In this document: in pieces, positions 27,950 to 39,769 of the stretch | Position numbering within the stretch: position 1 is the first letter of the stretch | How the letters are laid out: every line of letters begins with the position of its first letter | Source: Dipteris shenzhenensis | Lineage: Eukaryota | Length of the DNA: 64,000 nt | NCBI GenBank assembly: GCA_047967505.1 | Contig: CM106538.1 | Reading direction: 5' to 3' (one strand) | Notes under the pieces: model-generated | Told to the model about the DNA's origin: nothing | What the model saw: only the letters and a program-made list of their open reading frames with translations | Databases searched by the model: none | Made by a program: the position numbers and the translations under genes

Positions 27950-28530
27950 TACTGAATCAGCCTGATGGTTGGAACATCATGAAATTGTGGCTGCTTCAGC
28001 TCAATCACCAGTAATGTGATTGTCCTGAACTAGTGTGGTTGAACAAACATTAGTTGTTGACCAGGACGATGGTTGAAATTATTGTGTTTCTTAGTACCTA
28101 AATTTATTAAATTTAATTTCTTGCTATTCGGGTCACATACCACTATTTCTAGACCTGGATGGCTTGGACTTAATGTGATTGTCCTAAACCAAGCCGGTGT
28201 TGGTTCAAGACAAACAACAGTTACTCACTAAAATTGTGAAATTTAGAAATGAAAAGTAATGTATTGTTATTTTCTAATTGTGAAATTCATGAATAATATG
28301 TGAAGTTGAGACCGTCAGACTAAACCAGCTCGGTGGTTGAGATTGTGATAGTTTCCTAAATCATCCCGATGGATGAAATTGTGACTGTCCTAAATGTGTC
28401 CTAAAGTAGTCGGATGGTTGAGTGTCCTAAACGTGTCCTAAACCAATCCGATGATTGAAATTTTGAGTGTCCTAAACCAGCCTGGTATTTGAAATTGTGA
28501 TTGTCCTGAACTAGCATGGTGTTTGAAAAT
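27950..28530. repeat. Degenerate short repeats (TGAAATTGTGA-TGTCCT(A/G)AAC)
   Basis: Recurring TGTCCTAAA/TGTCCTGAAC and GGTTGAAATT motifs; possibly subterminal repeats of a DNA transposon. Confidence 0.6.
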
Positions 28531-29687
28531 TGTTTTGCTTCATTATATACTTTAATTAAAGTGTGTTTTGCCTTGTTTTAGTAGTGTGAAAAGGGGGCTA
28601 GTTACTATACTATTGTGCTTATCTGAACATTTTTTGGGCAAAGGAGCTTTGAGCATTGTAAGCCCTCATATGTAGGGATTTGCGGGTAGTTACATGGAAT
28701 GACTTGTCACTTACGACTAGGTAGTTACATGGCTTGGAATTTTAGTTTAGTTTCATAACTTATGATTTCATTCTAGATGCATGAAATATAGTACATATAT
28801 ACTAGCAAGATTTAGGAAAATGGTAGAGTAGACATTAGTGCATGAAATGATTTACTTTTGCAATAGTTTATGTTTGTGTGTATGATTTTCTTACTTTTAG
28901 CATATGTATTTATTTATAAGCATGTAACTATAGCTTGTAACTATACCTAGAGAAAAATTCAATGGGCCGGTTGGAGGTTTGCTTAAGCCGACCTGTAACA
29001 ACTTGTTCGTTGATGAATAATATTATACTACGTGCCAGATGGAGGTTCTCTTAGGCCAACCTGGAACATCTCGTATGTGGTTAAAATTCATATTTTATAG
29101 TACTAAAACTCTACAAACTAGTATCTAAGAGTGACGAGGAAATATTTGACTTTGAGCTGGTTGCGGGCTCGCTTATGCTGGCCGTTTGCACCTTGCTCGA
29201 AGTCTAGCCAGTTGTGGAGCTTGCAATTGCCAGCTCATAGCAACTCACAAAATTATGTTGCGTATGTGTGGAAAGATATTGGTATACATAGGTTCACTAT
29301 CCTTATGTTTTATAGATTATTAGGTGAAACAAATTAGATATTATGAATATATTACATACGCTTTCATTTGTAGCTTTTATTAGAACTCAAACACCATAGT
29401 ACATATAGACATAGAAAAAAACAATATTGAGGATTGAGGATATTAGGTTAACAATTTCTCCTAGCTTAAAAAGTAGTAGTAAAAACAATTTCTCATAGCT
29501 TAGAAAGTAGTAGTAAAATTATTTAAAAGTACTTGTGTAAGTGATGCTAGCTCTACTACATCAGTGTGAGTAAAAAACTGACATCCATCAGGGAGGTAGC
29601 AACCTAAGGGTGTCCACTTTCGGACCACTTGCGGGAGAGTGTGACACCCCCTCAAGTGAAAATATAAAGGTTTTGCTTCGGTGTGAA

Positions 29688-30170
29688 ATACCTCAATCAA
29701 GTTATCGTCTCCAATGAAATTCGCACACGAGGACAACCATACCAAGCCAATACCTCGATCAAGGTCCTAGACTTTCTTTCACCGAACCGAGCCTATACCT
29801 CGATTGAGGTATCGTGGCAAGCTACCTATACCTTGATCGAGGTATCATGGCAAGATGACATCAGTATGTGGCATCTGACATGGCAGATGACATACCTCGA
29901 TCTAGGTACCGTGGCAAGTCCACATACCTCGATCGTGGTATGCTAGACCGATGACTTGGCCGCATGTCAAATACCATGATCGACGTATGTGGCATCCGAC
30001 ATGTACTATGCTGGCAAGTGACATACCTCAATCGAGGTATCATGGCAGGTCTATACCTCGATCGAGGTATGTTGGACCGATGTGTATGTGGCATGTCAAA
30101 TACCACGATCGAGGTATGTGGCATTCGACATCTATTGTGCTGGCAAGTGAGATACCTTGAACCTCGATTC
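29688..30170. repeat. Array of ~10 palindromes, consensus ATACCTCGATCGAGGTAT
   Basis: 18-bp perfect palindrome and variants separated by short related spacers (GTGGCAAG, GTGGCATC). Confidence 0.85.
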
Positions 30171-31386
30171 CACCTCCCCCACCTCCCACATCTATGGAGC
30201 CTCCCACATCTACACCACCTGCCACATCTACACTGCCTTAGCATGAGTTGGATACTTGAGATGCACGGATTGCAGAGTTGGAGGCATTGTTGGCTGAGTC
30301 TAGGGTCGAGGTTAGTTATTCTGATTATTTTAGTTTATTTTTTTGTTGCATGTTTTGAACTGAAGTTTTTTGGTTCATTCTCACCATGTACGCGACATGT
30401 TTGCTTGGCAGGCACATTTATTGCGACATGACATGGAGTCTCATGTATGACAGTTGGAGGCAGATTTGGAGGAGCAAAGGATTTGGACATGCATAGCCTA
30501 CCATCGAGTGGAGCACTATATTTTGCAGTTGAGACATATTAGTCATGATCCATCTCACCATAGGATCCACCCCAGTGTGGCCCTGTAGCCTGCTCCTCCT
30601 GTAGATGTGCCGACTAGGACACCCATAGATGCACCAATCATAGCCAGGCTTCCTACCACCACTTGCATCCTTTGCCACAAGGATTTTGACACCGTAGGGT
30701 GGTTTGGACAAGGGTGTAGCCACATCGCACATCTCCATTGCATGACCCGCCACATGGTGGCACGATCAGTGTTCCCTGTATGCTTTGCTGACATTGATGT
30801 GGCCACATACAGAGGACTAGGCATGGATTAAATGTATCCTAGTCATCGTCAAGCCATTGATCCATTTGCTTGCATGGTCTTGACAGAACACTATAGGGAG
30901 GAGGCACAGAGAGCTTTGCTGCAGCAGGAGGGTGCTGATACTTTAATGGTTGCAGCGTGTGTTCTGCGACGCTTCTCATATGGTGATTTCATGCCAGGTG
31001 ACGAGGCACGAGCAGAGGTATTGAGCGAGAGGCAGAGCTTTATATATCATTGCAGCAGTGGGTGGAGCAGTAGCTTGGGCAGGGTTGAAGACCAGCGTCT
31101 TCTACATGTAGAGATGATTACTCGAGCTGGATTTGAGGCACGAGTATTCGCAGATGCACGACTTTCGGAGCTAAGGCGTGCATACATAGAGGAGGTGAGG
31201 GAGGCAGAGATGGCAGTGGTGGCTCGTGCAGCATGCCCTCCACTTCATCAAGATGAGGTTGGCCCATCTGATTTGGCTTTGCTTGAGGGCACACAGCGGA
31301 CGGTTGGGCAGCCAGTCATACAGGAGCCACGTCAGAGGATGACTAGAGGATCATATGTGGAGTTATCAGATTCTGATTTAGGATGA
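30160..31386 (+). pseudogene. Degenerate gene with RING-H2-like zinc finger
   Basis: CILC-x13-CSH-x2-H-x2-C-x10-FPVC at ~30664-30785; ORFs 30607 and 30832 are in frame across a stop; GT-AG intron at about 30311-30410. Confidence 0.5.
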
Positions 31387-31711
31387 TTGTTTAGGCTTCA
31401 CACATATCTTGTTTAGGGATGCACTTCTGCATGATGATGATGATGATGTACACTTTCATTTTGGTGACTTTCATGATGTTGTTCTTACTTTTATGATGTA
31501 TGAGCATTTTGGTACTTTCATGATGTTCTTCTTACTTTGTTTATCTCAGTTTATAGTTTGTTCAAATCTAACATAAACATTTAAAATTAGGAGTATCATT
31601 TTGAATTTTAGATATCTCAATTCACACATCTAATACATAAGGTATTTTAAAAATAATGCCGTGAGAAGTAATTGTAAACATCAAGCATTGAAAAGGTGCT
31701 CAAGTATAAGG

Positions 31712-31714
<3 letters not shown>

Positions 31715-31747
<33 letters not shown>
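31715..31747. repeat. (CT)n microsatellite
   Basis: Seen directly. Confidence 0.95.
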
Positions 31748-31750
<3 letters not shown>

Positions 31751-31944
31751 CTATGAAATTTATCATTTTGAATATCATATTGAATTTCATAGATATCAAT
31801 GCTTGCAGTTATTACATTAATATTGTCACTAATTTTTGTAAATTGTAAATTAAGAAAAAAATGTCAATGTTTAGCATGGAATGGTGCTCATTGGTAGTAA
31901 CATGTGTCAAAAATTAATACTTGATTGTGTACGATTAGTCCAAA

Positions 31945-34410
31945 ATCATCCCGAATAGATAAGTCCACATGTGTATTTGGTCAGTACGTTTGCCATTTTT
32001 CATACGTAGTCACTAGTAGGGATTGTAAAAATGTACGCATCATACCTTCCACATGGCACATACCAAATCAGTTGGAGACCCAATCTTGCATGGATGTAGG
32101 TCTAGGGTAGCCTAAGAGCCGTGCAAAGTTTTATCCCCAATAGATAAGTCCACATGCGTATTTGGTTAGTACGTGTGCCATTTTTCAGACGTAGTCACTA
32201 GTAGGGATTGTAAAAATGCACGCATTATACCTTCCATGTGGCACATACCAAATCAGTTGGAGACCAAATCTTACATGGATGTAAGTCTAGGGTAGCCTAA
32301 GAGTTGTGCAAAGTTTCATGTGCAACAAATAAGTCCACCGGCATATTTGGTTAGTATGTTTGCCATTTTTCATACGTAGTCACTAGTAGGGAGTGCATGC
32401 AAAAATGTATGCATTATACCTTCCACGCAGCACACACGAAATAGATTGGCAACCAAATCTTGCATGGATGTATGTCTAGGGTAGCCTAAGAGCTGTGCAA
32501 AGTTTCATCCCCAACAAATAATTCCACATGCATATTTGGTTAGTACGTGTGCCATTTTTCATACGTAGTCACTAGTAGGGATTGTAAAAATGTACGCATT
32601 ATACCTTCCACGTGGCACATACCAAATCAATTGGAGACCAAATCTTGCGTGGATGTAGGTCTAGGGTAGCCTAAGAGCCTGCAAAGTTTCATCCCCAACA
32701 GATAAGTCCACATGCGTATTTGGTTAGTACGTGCACCATTTTTCATGCGTAGTCACTAGTATGGATTGTAAAAATGTACGCATTATGCCTTCCATGTGGC
32801 ACATACCAAATCAGTTGGAGACCCAATCTTGCGTGGATGTAGGTCTACGGTAGCCTAAGAGCCGTGCAAAGTTTCATCCCCAATAGATAAGTCCACATGC
32901 GTATTTGGTTAGTACGTGTGCCATTTTTCATGCGTAGTCACTAGTAGGGATTGTAAAAATGTATGCATTATACCTTCCACATGGCACATACCAAATCAGT
33001 TGGAGACCAAATCTTGCATGGATGTAGGTCTAGGGTAGCCTAAGAGCTGTGCAAAGTTTCATCCCCAACAAATAAGTCCACATGCGTATTGGGTTAGTAC
33101 GTGCACCATTTCTCATACGTAGTCACTAGTAGGGATTGTAAAAATGTACACATTATAGCTTCCATGTGGCACATACCAAATGAGTTAGAGACCAAATCTT
33201 GCATGGATGTAGGTCTAAGGTAGCCTAAGAGCGGTGCAAAGTTTCATCCCCAACAGATAAGTCCACATGCATATTTGGTTAGTACATGCACCATTTTCCA
33301 TACGTAGTCACTAGTAGGGAGTGCTTGCAAAAATGTACGCATTATACCTTCCACATGGCACATATCAAATCAGTTGGAGACCAATCTTGCATGGATGTAG
33401 GTCTCGAGTATTCTAAGAGTGGTGCAAAGTCTCATCCCCAACAGATAATTCCACATGCGTATTTGGTTAGTACATGCACCATTTTGCATATGGTCACTAG
33501 TAGGGATTGTAAAAATGTATGCATTATACCTTCCACGTGGCACATACCAAATCAGTTGGAGACCAAATCTAGCATGGATGTATGTCTAGGGTAGCCTAAG
33601 AGCCGTGCGTTATTTCATTCCCAATAGATAAGTCCACATGTGTATTTGGTTAGTACGTGCACCATTTTTCATACGTACTCACTAGTAGGGATTGTAAAAA
33701 TGTATGCATTATACCTTCCACGTGGCACATACCAAATCAATTGGAGACCAAATCTTGTGTGGATGTAGGTCTAGGGTAGCCTAAGAGCTGTGAAAAGTTT
33801 CATCCCCAACAGATAAGTCCACATGCATATTTGGTTAGTACGTGCACCATTTTTCATATGTAGTCACTAGTAGGGATTGTAAAAATGTACGCATTATACC
33901 TTCCATGTGGCACATACCAAATCAGTTAGAGATCAAATCTTTCATGGATGTAGGTCTAGGGTAGCTAAGAGTTGTGAAAAGTGTCATCCCCAACAGATAA
34001 GTCCACATGCGTATTTGGTTAGTACGTGCACCATTTTTCATACGTAGTCACTAGTAGGGATTGTAAAAATGTACGCATTATACCTTCCATGTGGCACATA
34101 CCAAATAAGTTGGAGACCGAATCTTGCATGGATGTAGGTCTAAGGTAACCTAAGAGCGGTGCAAAGTTTCATCCCCAATAGATAAGTCCACATGCATATT
34201 TGGTTAGTACGTGCACCATTTTACATACGTAGTCACTAGAAGGGAGTGCTTGCAAAAATGTATGCACTATACCTTGCATATGGCACATACCAAATCATTT
34301 GGAGACCAAATCTTGCACGGATGTAGGTTTAGGGTAGCCTAAGAGCCATGCAAAGTTTCATCCTCAACAGATAACTCCACATGCATATTTGGTTAGTACG
34401 TGTACAAATT
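31945..34410. repeat. 185-bp tandem repeat, ~13 copies, with 5-monomer higher-order periodicity
   Basis: ATAAGTCCAC recurs at 31959, 32144, 32329...; the GAGTGC(A/T)TGC insertion variant recurs at 32391, 33319, 34244. Confidence 0.95.
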
Positions 34411-34729
34411 TTCTTGGTCACATTTTTATAATTTCCTAAAGCACAAAACACAATTACAACATAACTACTAATAAACAATTTTTTGTTTTAGAGAAACAAC
34501 AAATCCCATTGAGAAGACAATAGACATCATAAAATAGAATCTAATACAATGATGTGTATGAACGTGCATAAAACCATCATAGTGAAATACAAAATATGAG
34601 TCCATGAAAATTACAATGGTACAGTCACACAGTGAGCCTATACATATCGAATACAAAAATATGTAATCAACTAGTGATACCTAATAAAAATCTATCTGAT
34701 CAACTGATGATCCCAAAACTATGATATGT

Positions 34730-36700
34730 AATGTGCTACTCCTCAGGATCGGCTCTCATGCCAATAGTTGCAAGTATGCTCTCATGATCCTCCACTGCAA
34801 GGTGCCATCATGGACTGGACGTCACCTTGCGAGTGCGAACATGACTCAAAGTAATCTTGATCACAACAACAAGATGAGAATCCTGATCCACCATGTACTC
34901 CTGAAACTCAATATAATGACCACGCCTCTGTATCTGCTGAAAATAGTGGCCACCTACGATCATGCTATGAGCATCGAAGTCCATCCCAGGCCCATCCACT
35001 ATATCCTCATTTAGCACACTCCGCCATAGAGCATCGCAACAAGTAATAATCCACACCCTCCTCATTGCCCTCCGAAGCAATGACCACGAAGATATAACCA
35101 ATACGCAACATATCTATAAGCTGGTCATAATCTCTAGAGGAACTGAATCTTGCATCCTGATCATCATGTACCTCCTCCCAAGGCTAGAAGGGAGAAAGCA
35201 CTCACCGTTCCCATGGATCGGCCCATGGTATCATGGCGCACCCTCCCCAATCATCATCAATGCATGAGGAGCAAAAACATGCAAACCGTTGAGAAAAGAT
35301 CGCAGGGTGAGACTCACCTATGCTCCTGATGGAATGGAAATCAAGAGTACCAGACACTGTACGACAATCAAAAGGCCTAGACCGATCAAGACTCCCAATG
35401 TCCATGCACCAAAAATACCAGCTCACCACCCTATCATCACGTGACTAGAATGAGGACATAGCACTAGTGGATAAGTGCTGGCTGCACCACCGCACCACAT
35501 CATGTGCATCCTTGAAGCGATCGGCACTGTGACACAACTGGTATCGATGCAAAGCATGCTTCATGTAAGCACCTACACCATCGTGCTCTCCCTTACCGTG
35601 CCCTATCTCGAAATAGCTCCATGTGATCGGAATGCCTATCTCACGGTGCCATCTGCAGAACTAATAAAATTGTCTAGCAGATTTGAACTGACCACCACAT
35701 CCGTCTGACCAGATCCACTGCCGATGCCATGTGACACCATGATCCCTCAAGAAACTATCATGCAAAGTGAAGCAAAGCTGTACAAAATGGGCATCATGCG
35801 ATCGATCATCACTAATGTAGAAGTGATACTCTCGCACAATGACGCGTGATTCCATGGTGCTATCAATGCCATCCACATGAGCCTGTGCATGATGATAGCT
35901 AATGTGCACAAATATAGCAACCTGCAATATGGCATTGAAAAAAAATATGACTATTGAAATAATTTAATAGAATGAGGCCATAAAAAAACCAATAACTCAA
36001 TCACACGTCACCTGTTCGGAGAAATAATACTCCGATTGGATGTCATGCTGTGGTGCAAAGGTATAATTCTCTGCAAAGTCCACCACTGAGACAACCACCC
36101 CTATAGGAAATGTCCTCAAACATGCACATAACTAACGATCCTCCCACTTCTTAGTGTGTGAGTGGCGTATGTAGCGGTACAACTTCCCTAAAAAACTGTC
36201 AATGAATACAACACGTGGTGTCTCCTTCCCCACAACCTACAACTCCTCGACTGTGCACCACCATCTATCCACTTTTTATAGATTTCCTTTCTATTTGGAG
36301 AAACTCTTATATTTTTGTGCCAAAACATCATCACTGTAGTAATGACTTCTGCACTTAGGCTATCTCTCCTTTTCTTACATTCTGTTGAAGCCCATAGAAT
36401 TCTCAGATTGAGATGATCATGCATTACTTCTAATCTACGTTCAACCGACATTCAAGCCATGCTCATCCTTTTGATTGATAACATCTTTGACATTGTGCGC
36501 CCAAGCCGTTTCTCCTTTGTTTCAAGGGACATCAACATAGCTAATGTCATTCCCTTTGTAGCTAGTTGATCTAAGCTTACTCTGCACCCCTTTCACTTTC
36601 TGTAGGCCATTTCTTAGGTTAGAGAGCATCGCCTCATGGGTGTGTATCCCAAGGTGTTGGTAGGGTTGTTACTCTACAAACTTTAGGATGCAAGCTAAAG
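34730..36700 (-). pseudogene. Sola2-type DDD transposase, degenerate
   Basis: VVDFAENY...DIQSEYY...EQ|VAIFVH (intron 35922-36011), ISDDRSHD, WSDGCGGQFKS, HGKGEHDGVG, C-terminal CFCSSC. These match the Sola2 motif pattern as recalled, not searched. Confidence 0.72.
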
Positions 36701-37985
36701 CTTGTGAAGACTCGAGAATGGTAATTATCTAAATGGCGTAATGTTCTTGTCTCAAATGCTCCCATCAATCTTGACACTCTTGTGACACCACAGCTTGTGT
36801 TCTTCGCTCTGATGGCAATGATCAAAAGAGTGCATTTGTAATCGCTTCCTGATGCTACTTTGCAAGGAGTCTTCTTTCTTCTTGTTGTTTCTCCCTTCCT
36901 TGATGTTGTAAAAGTGTCTTCCATTGTTGTTTTGATACCATGCCAGTTCTATCCTCAACCCACAATCTATTCTTTGTGCCTTGACCAGGCTTTTCAACTT
37001 TCTTGTCTTGCAACCTTTGTCTGCTTCTCTTGCAAGCCATGATGAGCTACATGTTGCCATTGACACCATGGCCATGATGATTCCAGAATGGACCCAAAGA
37101 AGCTATCTGGTGAGGCAAGAAAAGAATAGAAGAAAATTTACCCGAAAGAAGACAATGCCAAACCAAAGTCTATGCAAGGTCACGTCGAGGTGCATGTGGG
37201 TTGGAGGGCATTTGCAAGGTGGGGGCGTTTTGCAAGTACTTAATCTTCCAAGATTTGATCGGCGGGAGTGTGAAAATTTGAAATTTGTGGGAACAGCAAA
37301 AATTTTGGCTGCTGGTTCTCCCCCCTCCAATGATACACATCAACAAAATTAGATATCCCAAACAAGTGCAATGTCGCCTAAAATGCTTCAAAACACAAAT
37401 ATTGTGTATTATGAAATGCAATGACTTTTGGCATGCTTATGAGCTATATAGAAATCAAGTGCATGGAAAAACAAATAGTTCAAAATTATAAATAGTGTTT
37501 GTGAATCTAGATACCAATACCAACAACTATCAATATTTTAAGACCACCATACAATAGTCCCACTAGTTTGGATTCCAAATTTTCAATCCGTTTTGGTTTT
37601 CAACAAATCAAAAAACATTCATGAAGCGTGCCCTCAAATGGGTATGCATCACTTTAGCACAACATTGGAGGCATGTTAATCCATGCCTAATGTTCTCATT
37701 TAGGTGTGTCCTTGGGTTGAGAGAAGCTCACGTAGTGTACTTTTTCAATGATTACTTGGTTTCATGTATGTATAGAAAAAAATTTTGATGTTTTTGAATA
37801 CATTTCTCATTCCAAAGTTTTTTGCTCTCATGTTCAACTTTGGAATGTGTACTACAACTTGAAGACAAAATTTGTCAAATTCCATTGAGAAATGTATAAG
37901 TTATGTGTCATGCAAAATACCTATATACAGAAAATTCCCTAAACCTCACCAAAATGGCTACACCCAAGCAAAAAATGACGCATCA

Positions 37986-38104
37986 TGTATGTATCAAGTG
38001 CCTATATATTGGCCTTCTCTCATGAATGAAGTACAAGACTTATTTTGGTTGTTCCACTCTCATATTGTTGCTTATCCATGATCCAACATGTGGTAGCAGA
38101 ACCA
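37986..38104 (+). repeat. LTR-like 103-bp repeat (copy 1, 37986-38088) followed by a degenerate PBS
   Basis: TGTATGTATCAA...ATCCAACA is repeated at 51009-51111; TGGTAGCAGAACC follows copy 1. Confidence 0.6.
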
Positions 38105-39769
38105 TCACGTCCTCCTTGAGCCACTTTTAGCCACGTCTCCATCCTTCCTTCTATTTTTGCCCCTTTCTCGCTTGATCTTGGAGCTTCAAATTTTACAAAT
38201 GTAGGTGATCATTCCCAAACACTTTCATCCATATATTCCCCTCATATAGGCGCACTTCGACTCTAGAGGGTTTCTAGAAATTGTCTTTTCTCAGCCCATG
38301 GCAACATGATTATTGTCTGATAAACTTTTTCCAGACACAACCTATATAAGTAAAATTTCGACCAGCTGTCCTAGGTATAGTTGGGAGAATTTATAAGCTA
38401 GCTATTGTTCAAGTTTGAGTACATTTGGTCCATAGACAAGGGAGCAATAAAAGAAAAACCAATTAATTTTAAAGCAGTTCTCACAGACAACCTGGTGCAT
38501 ATTTTTAGCTATCCTCTAAGTTGGATATTCTCTAGTATATAAGCTTTATTTTGGCATAATAGTCCCTTTCATTAGGTCTTCCAACTATGCAAATTCAGCC
38601 CTCCAAGTTGTTGCTATCTCTAATTGCTATTTTGGATAGTTTTAGCTTTGAAATTGTTAACCAAGTCAACTAAAAATTGGGGCTTTTTAGGTTTTTAGTA
38701 TATTCACTCTTCTCGACCATTAGAACTCAGTTATGGTACTCATGGGTGTCATTGAACTTTGCATTTATGGAGATGACTTAGTGGTCTATGCAACATATCT
38801 TATGATGTAACTTCTTGGCATCTGTATGGGGATGACATGATGATTGTGCTCTCAAAGAACCTGTTCTCAAGTTCCACTTGTTTGAGTCTCTTTGTCAAAC
38901 CTTGTTAGGCAATAGACACTGTACCCATGTGGTAAGACCTCTCCTAGAAGGAAATATTTGCTTCATCGACACCAAGTACAATACAATGGACAAGCAAGTT
39001 TATCAGTCTGATACAATGGTGGCTTGGAAATGACGCCAAAAAATGATTGCCATCAAAGGGGGGAATTTCCCCACATCTTACACTTAAAATTTTCTATGTG
39101 TTCAATAAGGGTTCTCTGTCCTAGGATGTCCCCCTCAAATGATTGCTAGTCTTATGTGAGTTTTACCTTGTTAGACCCATAGGAATTTCCCATGCATAGT
39201 CATTGTCCATTCTCCCAATTGTAAACCAAAAGACCAAAGTTAGAGTGAGATCATGTTGGGGTGAAGATGCCCAAATGAGTCTACTACTGATGCAACTAGA
39301 GTGAGTTCCAAGTTGGGATCATGAGTGTTGTCCACTAAAGGTGGGCAAGCCTTGAAGTTTCCCATGGACTACTACTAGGGTTGAGGTCATCACTTTGTGG
39401 CATGGGGGGGTATATGATGGGATAAATTGATGTCCTGGGGTCAATACCAAGGATTACACGATATGTGGTTGTGAGTGTGATCACATGAGTGAGTGTGTGA
39501 ACACACATGTGTCATTAGGGAAAAAGGGAGCTCATTTTGGGGACCTATAAGAAATTCACTATTTTTTGATTTATTTCTCTCCTAAAAGACCTAAAAAATA
39601 GTAAAATATGGAAACGTGGCTCAGAACTATCAATATGGACTACAGAATTGTCAGTTCAGAAAGGAATAAGATAATCTTTTGTCTGACTAACACGATTTTG
39701 CATTAAATATCTCCTTAGATTTTTTTTTGTTTACCAAAGATTCTGCATCTCTTTTGCCGACGTGTGCAG

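Noticed and set aside
29688-30170. CRISPR-like array of palindromic repeats
   Set aside because: Spacers are related to each other and irregular in length, no cas genes are present, and the context is eukaryotic.
31945-34410. Functional centromeric satellite linked to the H3-like gene
   Set aside because: The array is only 2.5 kb and lies outside the TIR element; proximity alone is not evidence.
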